Shown: positions 18,887-30,361 of the stretch, one piece after another
How positions within the stretch are numbered: the first letter of the stretch is position 1
Layout: each line of letters begins with the position of its first letter
NCBI GenBank assembly: GCA_047602405.1
Contig: JASGHJ010000001.1
Coordinates: 320,001 to 384,000 of the forward strand
DNA: 64,000 nt
Origin: Anaeromyxobacteraceae bacterium
Lineage (GTDB): Bacteria; Myxococcota; Myxococcia; Myxococcales; Anaeromyxobacteraceae
Direction of reading: 5' to 3'
Made by a program: the position numbers and the translations under genes
The notes under the pieces: model-generated
Seen by the model: only the letters and a program-made list of their open reading frames with translations
Told to the model about the DNA's origin: nothing
Database searches by the model: none

Positions 18887-19882
18887 GTGATCGACGTCCG
18901 CGGCCTCAAGAAGCACTACCAGGTGCACCGGCGGGAGCCCGGCCTCGGCGCCGCGCTGCGGTCCCTCTTCCGGCGGACGTACGACACCGTGAAGGCGGTG
19001 GACGGCATCGACTTCCAGGTGGCGGAGGGCGAGCGGGTGGGCTTCCTCGGCCCGAACGGCGCGGGCAAGACCACCACCCTCAAGATGCTCTCCGGGCTCC
19101 TCCACCCCACCGAGGGGGAGGTCACCGTCCGTGGATTCGTGCCGCGGCGCCGCGAGGTCGAGTTCCTGAAGTCGATCACGCTCGTGATGGGCCAGAAGCA
19201 GCAGCTCATCTGGGACCTGCCGCCCGCCGAGACGTTCGCGATGAACCGCGCGATCTACGACGTGCCGCGCGCCCAGTTCGAGGAGACGGTGAAGGAGCTC
19301 GTGGCGCTGCTCGAGCTCGACGACCTCGTGAAGAAGCCCACCCGGCAGCTCTCGCTGGGCGAGCGGATGAAGTGCGAGCTCGCCGCGGCGCTGCTGCACC
19401 GCCCGAAGGTGCTGTTCCTCGACGAGCCCACCATCGGCCTCGACGTCTCCATGCAGGCGACGGTGCGGGGCTTCGTGCGCTCGTACAACGAGCGGTTCGG
19501 CGCGACGGTGCTCCTCACGAGCCACTACATGGAGGACGTCGTGCAGCTCTGCCCGCGGGTGGTGGTCATCGACCGCGGGCACCTCATCTACGACGGGGAC
19601 CTCAAGGCGCTCGTGCAGAAGGTCCGCCCGGACAAGCGGATCTCGGTGCGCCTCGACGGCTCGCGCCCCGCGCCGTCGCAGGCCGACCTCGCCCGCTTCG
19701 GCACGGTGGTCTCGCAGGGGGCGGGGCAGGCGACGCTGCAGGTCGCCTCCGACGACGTCTCCGGCGCGGTGGGCCGGCTGCTCGCGGGCCTGCCCGTCGT
19801 CGACCTGACCGTCGAGGATCCGCCGCTCGAGGAGGTGCTCTCCGAGCTCTTCCGGTCGGCGCGACGCGCCGCGGCGTCGTGA
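18887..19882 (+). CDS. ABC transporter ATP-binding protein (ABC-2/DUF990 partner type)
   Basis: GPNGAGKTT, LVMGQKQQLIWDLP, LSLGERMKCE, FLDEPTIGLD, TSHYM. Confidence 0.92.
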   Translation: MIDVRGLKKHYQVHRREPGLGAALRSLFRRTYDTVKAVDGIDFQVAEGERVGFLGPNGAGKTTTLKMLSGLLHPTEGEVTVRGFVPRRREVEFLKSITLVMGQKQQLIWDLPPAETFAMNRAIYDVPRAQFEETVKELVALLELDDLVKKPTRQLSLGERMKCELAAALLHRPKVLFLDEPTIGLDVSMQATVRGFVRSYNERFGATVLLTSHYMEDVVQLCPRVVVIDRGHLIYDGDLKALVQKVRPDKRISVRLDGSRPAPSQADLARFGTVVSQGAGQATLQVASDDVSGAVGRLLAGLPVVDLTVEDPPLEEVLSELFRSARRAAAS

Positions 19883-20010
19883 CCCTTCCCCCCGCGCCCG
19901 CGCCCGGGAGGTAGTCATTCCGGCGGCGGCTTCGCCGCCCCGACCGCGGCGATGGGTCGCTCCCTGGACGGGACCCTCGCTGCGCGTTCGAGGCGTTAGC
20001 ATCCGGGGCC

Positions 20011-21924
<1,914 letters not shown>

Positions 21925-21957
21925 CCGCGGCGCGGCAGCCCGAGGCGGCCCGCGGGC

Positions 21958-22719
21958 TCAGCGGTTGAACGGACAGCCCGCCCCGACGCAGGTCGGGTTC
22001 CGGCCCGCGTTCTCGCAGGCGAACCCGCGCGCGGACAGCTCGGCGCCGAGGCCGTCCTTCGCGAAGCGGGCGGCGGCGAGCACGGCGACGAGCGCGTTGC
22101 GGCGCATGCAGGCGGCGTCGTCGCCCGAGCCGATGATCGCCTGGGCGCGGGCGATCATCCGGTCCACGAGCGCGGCGTCGGGGCCGCCGCGCGACGCCTC
22201 GGCGGCGAGCGAGACGAAGGCGCCCGCCCCCGCGGCGGCGCCGCGGCCGTCGGGCCGGCCCAGCTTCACGGTCGGCGCGGCCCTCGCGCGGGCGCGCGCC
22301 TCGGAAACGCGGGCGGCGCGCTTGCCGGGCTCGTTGCGGGTGGTCGACCACGCGGCGACGAGCACCGACGGGACGAGCTGGTCGTGGTCGGCGGGTCCGA
22401 GGCGCAGGCGCGGGTGGCGGAGCAGGCGCAGCGCGAGCGCGACCGGATCCCGCTCGTCGGACGCGGCGCAGGTGCGCTCGACGACGTCGGCGGCCGGGCC
22501 GTCGAGGCAGGCGTCGCACACGGCGTGGCCGCGGCCGCAGCGCTCGGGGTGGGCGCCGGTGCGGCCGCAGAGCGTGCAGCCGGCCTCGCCCGCGCCCAGG
22601 AGCGCGTCGCCACAGACGAGGCACGCCGCGACGGCGGCCGGCGACGGCGCGCCCGGGGCCTTCACCCCTGGCGCGGGGGCCGGCCCGGTGCCGGTGGGCT
22701 TCTTCGACCAGAACGCCAC
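21958..22719 (-). CDS. Cys-rich DUF5714-like protein
   Basis: CLVCG..CTLCG..CGRGHAVCDAC; HDQLVPSVLVAA; C-terminal CENAGRNPTCVGAGCPF. Confidence 0.65.
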   Translation of the reverse strand: MAFWSKKPTGTGPAPAPGVKAPGAPSPAAVAACLVCGDALLGAGEAGCTLCGRTGAHPERCGRGHAVCDACLDGPAADVVERTCAASDERDPVALALRLLRHPRLRLGPADHDQLVPSVLVAAWSTTRNEPGKRAARVSEARARARAAPTVKLGRPDGRGAAAGAGAFVSLAAEASRGGPDAALVDRMIARAQAIIGSGDDAACMRRNALVAVLAAARFAKDGLGAELSARGFACENAGRNPTCVGAGCPFNR

Positions 22720-22747
22720 GGCGGCAACTTAACCGACGCGCCCGGGG

Positions 22748-24010
22748 TCAGGGCAAGCCGCCGCCGGGCAGCGCCGCGCCGGCCGCGGCGATCACCTCGA
22801 CCGACGAGCGCTCGCCGAGCGCGAGGCCGTCGCCGCGGGCCTCCGCCTCCCCGAGCGCGACCACGTCCCCGCGCAGGAGCCCCTCGAAGCGGCGGTTCGC
22901 GTCGGTCACGTGGCGCTCCTGGAGCGCGAGCCCCATGCGCCCCTCGGGGCCGCAGCCCATGTAGCGCAGGCGCCCCTTCGACGGCAGCGGCTCGGAGACG
23001 ATCCGGAACACGCGGCCCGGCGGCGGCGGCGCCCAGGCCTCGCCCGGCGCGGCGACCGCGAGGTAGCTCATCTTCACGGCCTCGCGGCGCAGGCCCGCGG
23101 CCTTCGCGATCTGGGCGACGACCGGCGGCGGCTCCACCGGCCGCTCGGCGTGGCACCAGTCGGTCTCCTTCAGGAGCGCCGGGCACGCCCCGCGGAACAG
23201 GCAGGGCGCCCGCACCGCGAACCCCTTCGCGACGAGGAGGTCCCGCACGCGCAGGAGCGCGCGCGAGGTGTCCCGGAGCGCCGGCTCGACCACGAGCACG
23301 GTCCCGCCGGGCGCGACGAGCGCGAGCGCCTCCTCGACGAGCGCCGCGCGGCGCCGGTCCGCCTCCGCGGGCGGGAGCTCCTGGAAGAGCTCGTTGAGGA
23401 GGTGGCCCATCGTGACGACGTCCACGCGGCGGCCCTGCGCGAGCGCCGCGAGCGGCTGGCCGGGGGTCCAGACGCGGGTGGCGACGGGCTCCCCCGCGGC
23501 GACCGCGAGCGCGCGCGCGGCGTCGAGCGCCTTCGCGGAGCGATCGGCGAGGAGGACCTCGGCGGCGCCCGCGTCGAGCGCCGCGAGGCCGACGGGGCCG
23601 GGGCCGCTGCCGAGGTCGAGCACCGAGCGCGGCTTCGTGGGCAGCTCCGAGAGGACCCCGCGGGCCTGGAGGTAGGAGACCGGCCAGTAGAAGAGGAGGT
23701 ACGCGCCGAGGAGGCGCGCGTCGTCCATGTAGCGCGCGCCGGCGAGCTGGCGCTCGCGGGTGAGTCCCCTCGAGAGCTTCTCCACCGCGGCGGCGACCTG
23801 CCGGAGCTCGTCGGGGAGCAGCGTGTCGGCGGGCGGGCGGAGCGAGGACGGTGGCCGCGTGCCGAAGCGGCCCTGCGGCTCGGGGCGGCGGTTCCGCCGG
23901 TCGCGGCGATCCCGGCCCGGGTCCTGCCTGGCGGGCGCGCCCGAGGCCGCCCGCCAGGCGGCGAGCAGCCGGGGGATCCAGCGGGCGAGATCGGCGTCAG
24001 GGGCGGGCAT
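22748..24010 (-). CDS. Rsm22/METTL17-family SAM methyltransferase-like protein
   Basis: AYLLFYWP, VLDLGSGPG, LNEL, VVEPA, APCLFRGACP, DWCH. Confidence 0.8.
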   Translation of the reverse strand: MPAPDADLARWIPRLLAAWRAASGAPARQDPGRDRRDRRNRRPEPQGRFGTRPPSSLRPPADTLLPDELRQVAAAVEKLSRGLTRERQLAGARYMDDARLLGAYLLFYWPVSYLQARGVLSELPTKPRSVLDLGSGPGPVGLAALDAGAAEVLLADRSAKALDAARALAVAAGEPVATRVWTPGQPLAALAQGRRVDVVTMGHLLNELFQELPPAEADRRRAALVEEALALVAPGGTVLVVEPALRDTSRALLRVRDLLVAKGFAVRAPCLFRGACPALLKETDWCHAERPVEPPPVVAQIAKAAGLRREAVKMSYLAVAAPGEAWAPPPPGRVFRIVSEPLPSKGRLRYMGCGPEGRMGLALQERHVTDANRRFEGLLRGDVVALGEAEARGDGLALGERSSVEVIAAAGAALPGGGLP

Positions 24011-24047
24011 CGCGGGGGTTCTACCGCGACGCCCGCCGCGCGTCGAT

Positions 24048-24752
24048 TCAGGCGAGGTCGAACAGCAGCACCTCGGCCGGCCCGGCGCCGCTCCCCCTGA
24101 GCGCGACCGCGTCCTCGGCCGAGAGCGCCGCGCCGTCGCCGGCGGCGAGCGCGGTGCCGTTCACGGTCACCGCGCCGCGGGCGACCTGGACCCACGCGTG
24201 CCGGCCGGGCGCGAGCGGGTGCCGCACCTCCTCGCCCTCCCCGAGCAGGGTGGCGTACACGCGCGCGTCGGCGTGGATCGCGAGCGACCCGTCGGCCTGC
24301 TCGGGCGAGGCGAGCAGGCGCAGCTTGCCCCGCCGCTGGTCCTCGCCGAAGAACTTCTGGTCGTACGAGGGGCGGAGCCCGGGCTTCGCGGGCAGGAGCC
24401 AGATCTGGAGGAAGTGCACCGGCGCGTCCTTCGAGCCGTTGAACTCCGAGTGCATGACCCCGGTGCCGGCGCTCATGCGCTGCACGTCCCCGGGCCGGAG
24501 CACCCCCCCGCCGCCGGTCGAGTCCTCGTGCGCGAGCGCGCCCTCGAGCACGTAGGAGACGATCTCCATGTCGCGGTGGCCGTGGCGGCCGAAGCCCTGC
24601 CCCGCCTGCACCACGTCCTCGTTGATGACGCGCAGGTTGCGGAAGCCCATGAAGTCGTCGTCGTGGTACGCGGCGAACGAGAAGGTGTGGCGGGTGTCGA
24701 GCCAGCCGTGGTCGAAGTGGCCGCGCGCGTCGGCCTTGCGGACGGTGATCAT
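24048..24752 (-). CDS. Pirin family protein (YhhW-like)
   Basis: HGWLDTRHTFSF, LRVINED, HGHRDMEI, MSAGTGVMHSE, FLQIW. Confidence 0.93.
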   Translation of the reverse strand: MITVRKADARGHFDHGWLDTRHTFSFAAYHDDDFMGFRNLRVINEDVVQAGQGFGRHGHRDMEIVSYVLEGALAHEDSTGGGGVLRPGDVQRMSAGTGVMHSEFNGSKDAPVHFLQIWLLPAKPGLRPSYDQKFFGEDQRRGKLRLLASPEQADGSLAIHADARVYATLLGEGEEVRHPLAPGRHAWVQVARGAVTVNGTALAAGDGAALSAEDAVALRGSGAGPAEVLLFDLA

Positions 24753-24815
24753 GCCCCTTCAGGTAACGCACGCGGGGGCCGCGTCGAGGCCACGCATGTG
24801 GCCTGAGGCCCGGGC

Positions 24816-25733
24816 CTACTCCGGCAGCGCGAGCTCGAGCGTCAGCCCGTCGGAGGCGACCTCGATCGGGCCCCCGAACTCCTCCCGGGCCTGCTCGAGC
24901 AGGGGCTGCCACTCGCGATCGTAGCGGGTGGAGAGGTGCGTGAGGACGAGCTTCGCCGCGCCCGCCTCGCGCGCCACCCGCGCCGCCTCCCGGGCGGTCG
25001 AGTGGAAGGTCTCGACGGCGCGGGGCGCCTCGGCGTCGCCGAAGGTGGTGTCGTGGACGAGGACGTCGGCGCCGCGCGCCGCCTCGACCGTGCCCGCGCA
25101 GGGGCGCGTGTCGCCGGAGAGCACGAGGCGCCGGCCGCGGCGGGGCGGGTCCACCACGGCGGTCGCCTCGACCACCCGGCCGTCCGGCAGCGTCACCGCC
25201 CGGCCGCGCTGGAGCTCGCCGTACGCGGGCCCCGCGGGGACGCCCAGCGCGGCGGCCTGCTCGGGGTGGAACCGCCCGGGCCGGTCGTCCTCCACGAGCG
25301 CCCACCCGAGCGACGGGGTGCGGTGGTCGGTCTGGAAGGCGCGCAGCTCGCAGCCGTCGCGCCGGATCGGCTGGCCCGCCTCGACCTCGTGGATGCGGAC
25401 CTCGAAGGCGAGCCGCTCGGTGCCGGTGAAGAGCATGACGTCGAGGAGCCGGCGCGCGGGGCGCGGCCCGTACAGGTCGAGGGGCTCGGTGCGCCCGCCC
25501 ATCGAGAGCGTGCGCAGGAAGCCGATGGCGCCGAGGTAGTGGTCGGCGTGGAAGTGGGTGAAGAAGATCGCCGCGACGTCGAACCCGGTGCCGTACCGGA
25601 TCATCTGGCGCTGGGTCCCCTCCCCGCAGTCCACGAGGAAGAGCTCGCGCTCCCGGCGCACGGCGTGGCCGGTGAGGTTCCGGTGGATGGTCGGCTGCGC
25701 GGCCGAGGTGCCGAGGAAGGTGAGGCGGAGCAT
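24816..25733 (-). CDS. rnz: Ribonuclease Z
   Basis: FLGTSAAQPT, DCGEGTQRQ, THFHADH, exosite GVPAGP, SGDT, HST, THLSTRY. Confidence 0.93.
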   Translation of the reverse strand: MLRLTFLGTSAAQPTIHRNLTGHAVRRERELFLVDCGEGTQRQMIRYGTGFDVAAIFFTHFHADHYLGAIGFLRTLSMGGRTEPLDLYGPRPARRLLDVMLFTGTERLAFEVRIHEVEAGQPIRRDGCELRAFQTDHRTPSLGWALVEDDRPGRFHPEQAAALGVPAGPAYGELQRGRAVTLPDGRVVEATAVVDPPRRGRRLVLSGDTRPCAGTVEAARGADVLVHDTTFGDAEAPRAVETFHSTAREAARVAREAGAAKLVLTHLSTRYDREWQPLLEQAREEFGGPIEVASDGLTLELALPE

Positions 25734-25773
25734 CGTCGGTCCCGAGGATACCGCGGCTTCGTGAAAACGGCCC

Positions 25774-26562
25774 TCAGCCCGCCGCCGAGGTGTACCGGCC
25801 GATGGAGCGCAGCCAGATGGCGCGCGCCAGCGCCGTGAACACGGCGGCCCCGCCGAGCGCGAGGAGCCCCTGCGCCGGCGCGAGCCGCCCGAGGAGCGCG
25901 CGGGCCGGGAAGGTGGTCATGAGCGCGAGCGGGATCACGACGGTGAAGAGCACCTTGAGCCCGCCCTTGAAGACGTCGGCCGGCCAGCGGGCGGCGTCGT
26001 AGATCGAGAGGAAGAGGAAGGAGAGGTTGTCGATCTTCACCACGTAGAAGGCGGCGGAGATGACGACGATCCAGAGCGCGTAGAGGATGGCCGTCGCGGC
26101 CACCAGCAACACGAGCGCGCCCGCGATCTCGGCCGGCCCCGGCGCGCGGCCCAGGCGGTGGAACGCGAAAGCCATGATCGCCACGCCGGAGAGCACGTCC
26201 ATGATCCGCCAGGGCGCGAACTTCGCGGTCGAGACGAGGAACTGCGCGTCGGCGGGCTTCATGAGCACGAAGTCGAGGGTGCCCTTCCGGATGTGCTCGA
26301 CCACCGAGGCGAGCGACGGGTTCACCGCGCCCTCCAGGATGCCCTTCATGAGCACGAACCAGCCCATGACCACGAGCGCCTCGTCGAAGCTCCACCCCGC
26401 GACCGCGTCGCGCTGCCCGTACACGACGAGGAGCGGCACCACCGCCTGCCCCGCCCAGAAGACCGACATCGCGCCCTGCACGAGGAAGTCGACGCGGTAG
26501 GCGAGGCCCACCGTGAGGGAGGCCCGGACCTGGATGCCGAGGAGCCTGAGGTAGCGGAGCAT
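25774..26562 (-). CDS. ABC-2 family (DUF990-like) permease
   Basis: AYRVDF, GWSFDE, IRKGTLDFVLMKP, C-terminal YTSAAG; multiple TM segments. Confidence 0.88.
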   Translation of the reverse strand: MLRYLRLLGIQVRASLTVGLAYRVDFLVQGAMSVFWAGQAVVPLLVVYGQRDAVAGWSFDEALVVMGWFVLMKGILEGAVNPSLASVVEHIRKGTLDFVLMKPADAQFLVSTAKFAPWRIMDVLSGVAIMAFAFHRLGRAPGPAEIAGALVLLVAATAILYALWIVVISAAFYVVKIDNLSFLFLSIYDAARWPADVFKGGLKVLFTVVIPLALMTTFPARALLGRLAPAQGLLALGGAAVFTALARAIWLRSIGRYTSAAG

Positions 26563-26568
26563 CTCTCG

Positions 26569-27366
26569 CTAGCCTCCGAAGGCGCCGAAGCGCCGGACCC
26601 CGGCGCGCCAGGAGAGCGCCGCCGCGACCCCCAGCCCGGCGATCCACGCGGCCTGCAGCCCGAGCAGCCGGAGCGCGTCGGCGCGGGTCAACAGGCCCAC
26701 CGCGAGCTCCACGGGGAACGCGAGCATGTACCGGAACGGCAGCCAGGAGGCCGCGCCGGCGAGCCAGCCGGGGAAGAACTCGAGCGGCAGGAGGTAGCCC
26801 GAGAGCAGCATGTAGAGCCCGAGCCAGATCTCGAAGAGCGCGGTCGAGTTGTCGATGCGGAACGCGAAGGAGCCGATCACCGCCATCGCGAGGAAGGTGA
26901 TGGCCCAGCCGCCCATCACCGCGACCGGGAACAGCGCGAGGAGGAGCGGGTCGTGGGTGAAGTGCTCGGGCCCGGCGGCGAGCACGGCGCCCGCCACGAT
27001 CGGCAGGGTGATGAGCCACCGCATGGGCATCGTGCCGACGTTCGAGGCGGCCCACCCGACGAGCGGGTGGATGGGCCGGACCAGCCGGTAAGACAGGGTG
27101 CCCTGCCGGATCTCGAAGTTGATCTCCCAGATCACCCAGGCGCCGGCGGCGAGCCGCACGACCAGCGCGGCGAGGTAGTAGGCCGCGAACTCCGCCTGCC
27201 CGAACCGGCCCACCGGGGCCTCGCGCGCGATCGCCGACATGAGCGCGAGCATCACGAGCGGCATCGTGGTGGAGAGCAGCCAGACGATCATCTCCGCCCG
27301 GTACGCGATGGACTCGGCGAGGCCGACGCGCAGGAGCGTGGGGAGGGCGCGGAGGGTGCGGTGCAC
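26569..27366 (-). CDS. ABC-2 family (DUF990-like) permease
   Basis: AYRAE, EIRQGTLSYRLVRPIHP, LSGYLLPL, C-terminal RRFGAFGG; start uncertain (GTG 27366 preferred). Confidence 0.88.
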   Translation of the reverse strand: MHRTLRALPTLLRVGLAESIAYRAEMIVWLLSTTMPLVMLALMSAIAREAPVGRFGQAEFAAYYLAALVVRLAAGAWVIWEINFEIRQGTLSYRLVRPIHPLVGWAASNVGTMPMRWLITLPIVAGAVLAAGPEHFTHDPLLLALFPVAVMGGWAITFLAMAVIGSFAFRIDNSTALFEIWLGLYMLLSGYLLPLEFFPGWLAGAASWLPFRYMLAFPVELAVGLLTRADALRLLGLQAAWIAGLGVAAALSWRAGVRRFGAFGG

Positions 27367-27425
27367 GGCGGGCCGTAAGTTAACGCGGGGCGTCGCCGCG
27401 CGCACCCTGGTATCCTGCGCCGCAC

Positions 27426-28244
27426 ATGGCCAAGGCCGAGACGAACGCGATCGTGACGCAGCGTATCGACGCCGCCCCGGGGCTGATGATCCTGCGGGTG
27501 GCGCCCGACGGGTGGAAGCTCCCCGACTTCGCGCCCGGCCAGTTCGCGGTGCTGGGCCTGCCCGGGAAGGCGCCGCGCGTCCAGCTCTCCGATCCGGAGG
27601 AGAAGCCCGCCGAGCCGGACAAGATGATCCGGCGCGCCTACTCCATCGCGTCGTCGTCGCTGTCGCGCGACCACCTCGAGTTCTTCGTGACGCTCGTGCG
27701 CTCGGGCGAGCTCACCCCGCGGATCTTCGCGCTGGGGGCGGGCGACCGCATCTGGCTCGGCCCGAAGATCACCGGCACGTTCACGCTCAAGGACGTGCCG
27801 GAGGGCAAGGACGTCGTGATGGTCGCGACCGGCACCGGGCTCGCGCCGTACATGTCGATGCTCCGCACCGAGCTCTCGAGCGGGAAGCCGCGGCGCTGGG
27901 CGGTGCTCGCCGGCGCGCGGCACTCGTGGGACCTCGCCTACCAGGCCGAGCTCATCACGATGGCGCGGCTCATGCCCCGCTTCTCCTACCTGCCCTGCGT
28001 CTCCCGGCCGAAGGAGGAGCCCGCCCCGTGGAGCGGCGCCGCCGGCTACGTGCAGTCGCTCTGGACCGGCGGTGCGCTCGAGCAGGCCCTCGGGCGCAGG
28101 CCCACCCCGGCCGACACGCACGTCCTCCTGTGCGGTAACCCCGGGATGATCGACGACATGTGCAAGGTCCTGACCGCGGACGGCTTCGTGGAGCACGACC
28201 CGAAGGGGCAGCCCGGCCAGATCCACGTCGAGCGGTACTGGTGA
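27426..28244 (+). CDS. fpr: Ferredoxin/flavodoxin-NADP+ reductase
   Basis: RRAYSIAS, GELTP, ATGTGLAPY, LCGNPGM, C-terminal ERYW. Confidence 0.9.
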   Translation: MAKAETNAIVTQRIDAAPGLMILRVAPDGWKLPDFAPGQFAVLGLPGKAPRVQLSDPEEKPAEPDKMIRRAYSIASSSLSRDHLEFFVTLVRSGELTPRIFALGAGDRIWLGPKITGTFTLKDVPEGKDVVMVATGTGLAPYMSMLRTELSSGKPRRWAVLAGARHSWDLAYQAELITMARLMPRFSYLPCVSRPKEEPAPWSGAAGYVQSLWTGGALEQALGRRPTPADTHVLLCGNPGMIDDMCKVLTADGFVEHDPKGQPGQIHVERYW

Positions 28245-28306
28245 CCCCTTGCCCCACGTTCGTGGGCGACGACGGGCCACGCGTCTCGCATAGACTCGCC
28301 GGTCGC

Positions 28307-28741
28307 ATGTCCGCCTGGACGCCCGCGCTCCTCATCGGCCATCCGCTCATCGACGACCAGCACCGCGAGATCTTCGCCCGCGTGGAGCGGCTGCGCGAGG
28401 CGATGGAGCGCGGCGACGCGACCGAGGTGACGCGGATGCTCGACTTCCTCGGCCGCTACGTGGTGGAGCACTTCTCCGCCGAGGAGGCGGTGATGGCCTC
28501 CTCGCGCTTCCCGCGGCACGACGCGCACCGCGCGCAGCACGCGAACTTCGTCCGCGAGTGGGTGGCGCTCAAGCAGGCCGTGGCGCCGCGCGGCCCGAAC
28601 CCGGGGCTCGCCGCCGAGCTGCACGCGTGGCTGGTCTCGTGGCTCACCCGGCACATCGCGGGCTCGGACGTCCAGCTCGCGCAGCACCTCGCCGCCGAGG
28701 CGGGGCGCGCACCGCCGGTCACAACCCCAGGAGCTTCATGA
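28307..28741 (+). CDS. Bacteriohemerythrin
   Basis: WTPALLIGHPLIDDQH, HFSAEE, HRAQH, WLTRHIAGSD. Confidence 0.9.
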   Translation: MSAWTPALLIGHPLIDDQHREIFARVERLREAMERGDATEVTRMLDFLGRYVVEHFSAEEAVMASSRFPRHDAHRAQHANFVREWVALKQAVAPRGPNPGLAAELHAWLVSWLTRHIAGSDVQLAQHLAAEAGRAPPVTTPGAS

Positions 28742-30224
28742 GCCGCGCCTGCATGGCGCGCTTGCGCTTCTCGTCCGGGCAGGTCTCCATCGCACGGGCC
28801 CACGCCTCGCGCGCCGAGCTCTGGAACCCGAGCGCCTCGTAGGTCTGCGCGAGCATGACGTGCGCGGCGTCGACGTCGGGCCTCAGCTCGGCGGAGCGGG
28901 CGAGCTCGGCGGTGGCCTCGAAGAGGAGCCCCATCTTCGAGAGCGCGGCGCCCAGGAAGAAGTGCGCCTCGGCCGAGAGGTCGTCGCGCGCGACCGCCTG
29001 CCGGAGCAGCGCGACCGCCTCCTCGAGCCGGCCCGCCCTCACGAGCGCCGCGCCCTGCTTCCAGGAGTGCGCCGCGGCGGCCCGCGCCGCGGGATCCCCC
29101 GCCTCGTCCACCGCGCCGATGAGGAGGAGCTTCGCGCTCCGGAGCACCTCCTCCGGCCGGTAGGGCTTCTCGAGGAAGGCGTCGGCCCCGAAGGCGACCT
29201 TCGCGTCGGCGGCGACCGTGCCGCGGTGGACGCCGGAGGTGAGCACCACCCGGGTCGGGCGGAGCAGCGGGTCGCCCTTCACCGCGCGGCACACCTCGAA
29301 GCCGGCCATCATCGGCATCATGGCCTCGAGCGCCACGAGGTCGGGCCGCGCCTCGCGCACGATGTCGAGGGCGGCGCGCCCGTTCGCGGCCTGCAGCACC
29401 GTGCAGCCGAGCTTGCCGAGGAGCGACACCAGCTCCTCGCGGGTCTCGGTGGTCGGGTCGGCCACGAGCGCGAGGCGCCCGGCGCCGACGCCCTGCAGCC
29501 GGACGGTGGTGGAGCCGGTGAGGGGCGGCGGCGGGGGCGGCGCGTGGGCCGCCGGCCGCTCGCGGCGGGCGGGCGTGGGCGCCGAGAAGGGCGTCTCCTC
29601 GATGGGCTCGAGGAGCCCCTCGACGACCTGCTGCTGCTCGCCGATGGCGATGAGCTCGAGGGTGTCTCCCGGGAGGAGCTCGGGGAGCTCGATCGCGCTC
29701 GTCCGCTCCTCGCGCTTGCGCGTCCCGTGCACGACGCCGACCCACGCCGCGGTGGGGTCGGGGAGCGCGGGCGCGGCGGCGCCGCGGACGGCGAGGCCGC
29801 CGCGGGCCTTCTCGCGCAGGAGCGCGTCGAGCACCCGCTCCATCGCGGCCGGCACCGCCGCGTAGCGCAGCACCTTGCGGTTCGTGACGAAGCGGAGCTC
29901 GTCGGCGAGGACGTGGTCCTCCGGGTCCGCCATCGCGAGCACCATCTCGGCCTTGCCGACCGAGACCGGCAGGACCCGGCGCTGCCGGCAGTAGCCGGGC
30001 GCCACGACGGTGAGGTTCGCGACGGGCACGACCGACTTCGAGAAGTCGACCGCCGGGCAGCCGAAGTAGTCGGCGAGCGCGCGGGCCAGCGCGCCCTCCT
30101 CGGCGAGGCCGAGGCGCAGCGCCGCGGACGGCATGTCGCCGTCGCTCGCCGCCGCCAGCGCGCGCGCGAGCGTGTCGCGCGAGAGCGCGCCGTGCTTCAC
30201 GAGCAGGGCCGGCAAGTCGTTCAT
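28719..30224 (-). CDS. MshEN/GspE-N-like + receiver + TPR protein
   Basis: N-terminal T2SSE_N-like region (LARALADYFG..VLPV..LAMADP..LRFVT), REC-like region (PDLVALEAMMP..FLEKP), C-terminal TPRs. Confidence 0.8.
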   Translation of the reverse strand: MNDLPALLVKHGALSRDTLARALAAASDGDMPSAALRLGLAEEGALARALADYFGCPAVDFSKSVVPVANLTVVAPGYCRQRRVLPVSVGKAEMVLAMADPEDHVLADELRFVTNRKVLRYAAVPAAMERVLDALLREKARGGLAVRGAAAPALPDPTAAWVGVVHGTRKREERTSAIELPELLPGDTLELIAIGEQQQVVEGLLEPIEETPFSAPTPARRERPAAHAPPPPPPLTGSTTVRLQGVGAGRLALVADPTTETREELVSLLGKLGCTVLQAANGRAALDIVREARPDLVALEAMMPMMAGFEVCRAVKGDPLLRPTRVVLTSGVHRGTVAADAKVAFGADAFLEKPYRPEEVLRSAKLLLIGAVDEAGDPAARAAAAHSWKQGAALVRAGRLEEAVALLRQAVARDDLSAEAHFFLGAALSKMGLLFEATAELARSAELRPDVDAAHVMLAQTYEALGFQSSAREAWARAMETCPDEKRKRAMQARLMKLLGL

Positions 30225-30361
30225 CCGCGCCGATGCTAGCCCGGCTCGGTCGTGGGGGGAAACCTACGGCCGGCCCCTCGTCTCCGGCGCCGCGAGGCGC
30301 GGCGCCTACGCTCGGGGCGTACGGGCGGGCGTCCCCACGGCTGCTCGGCCGGCGGTCCGGA

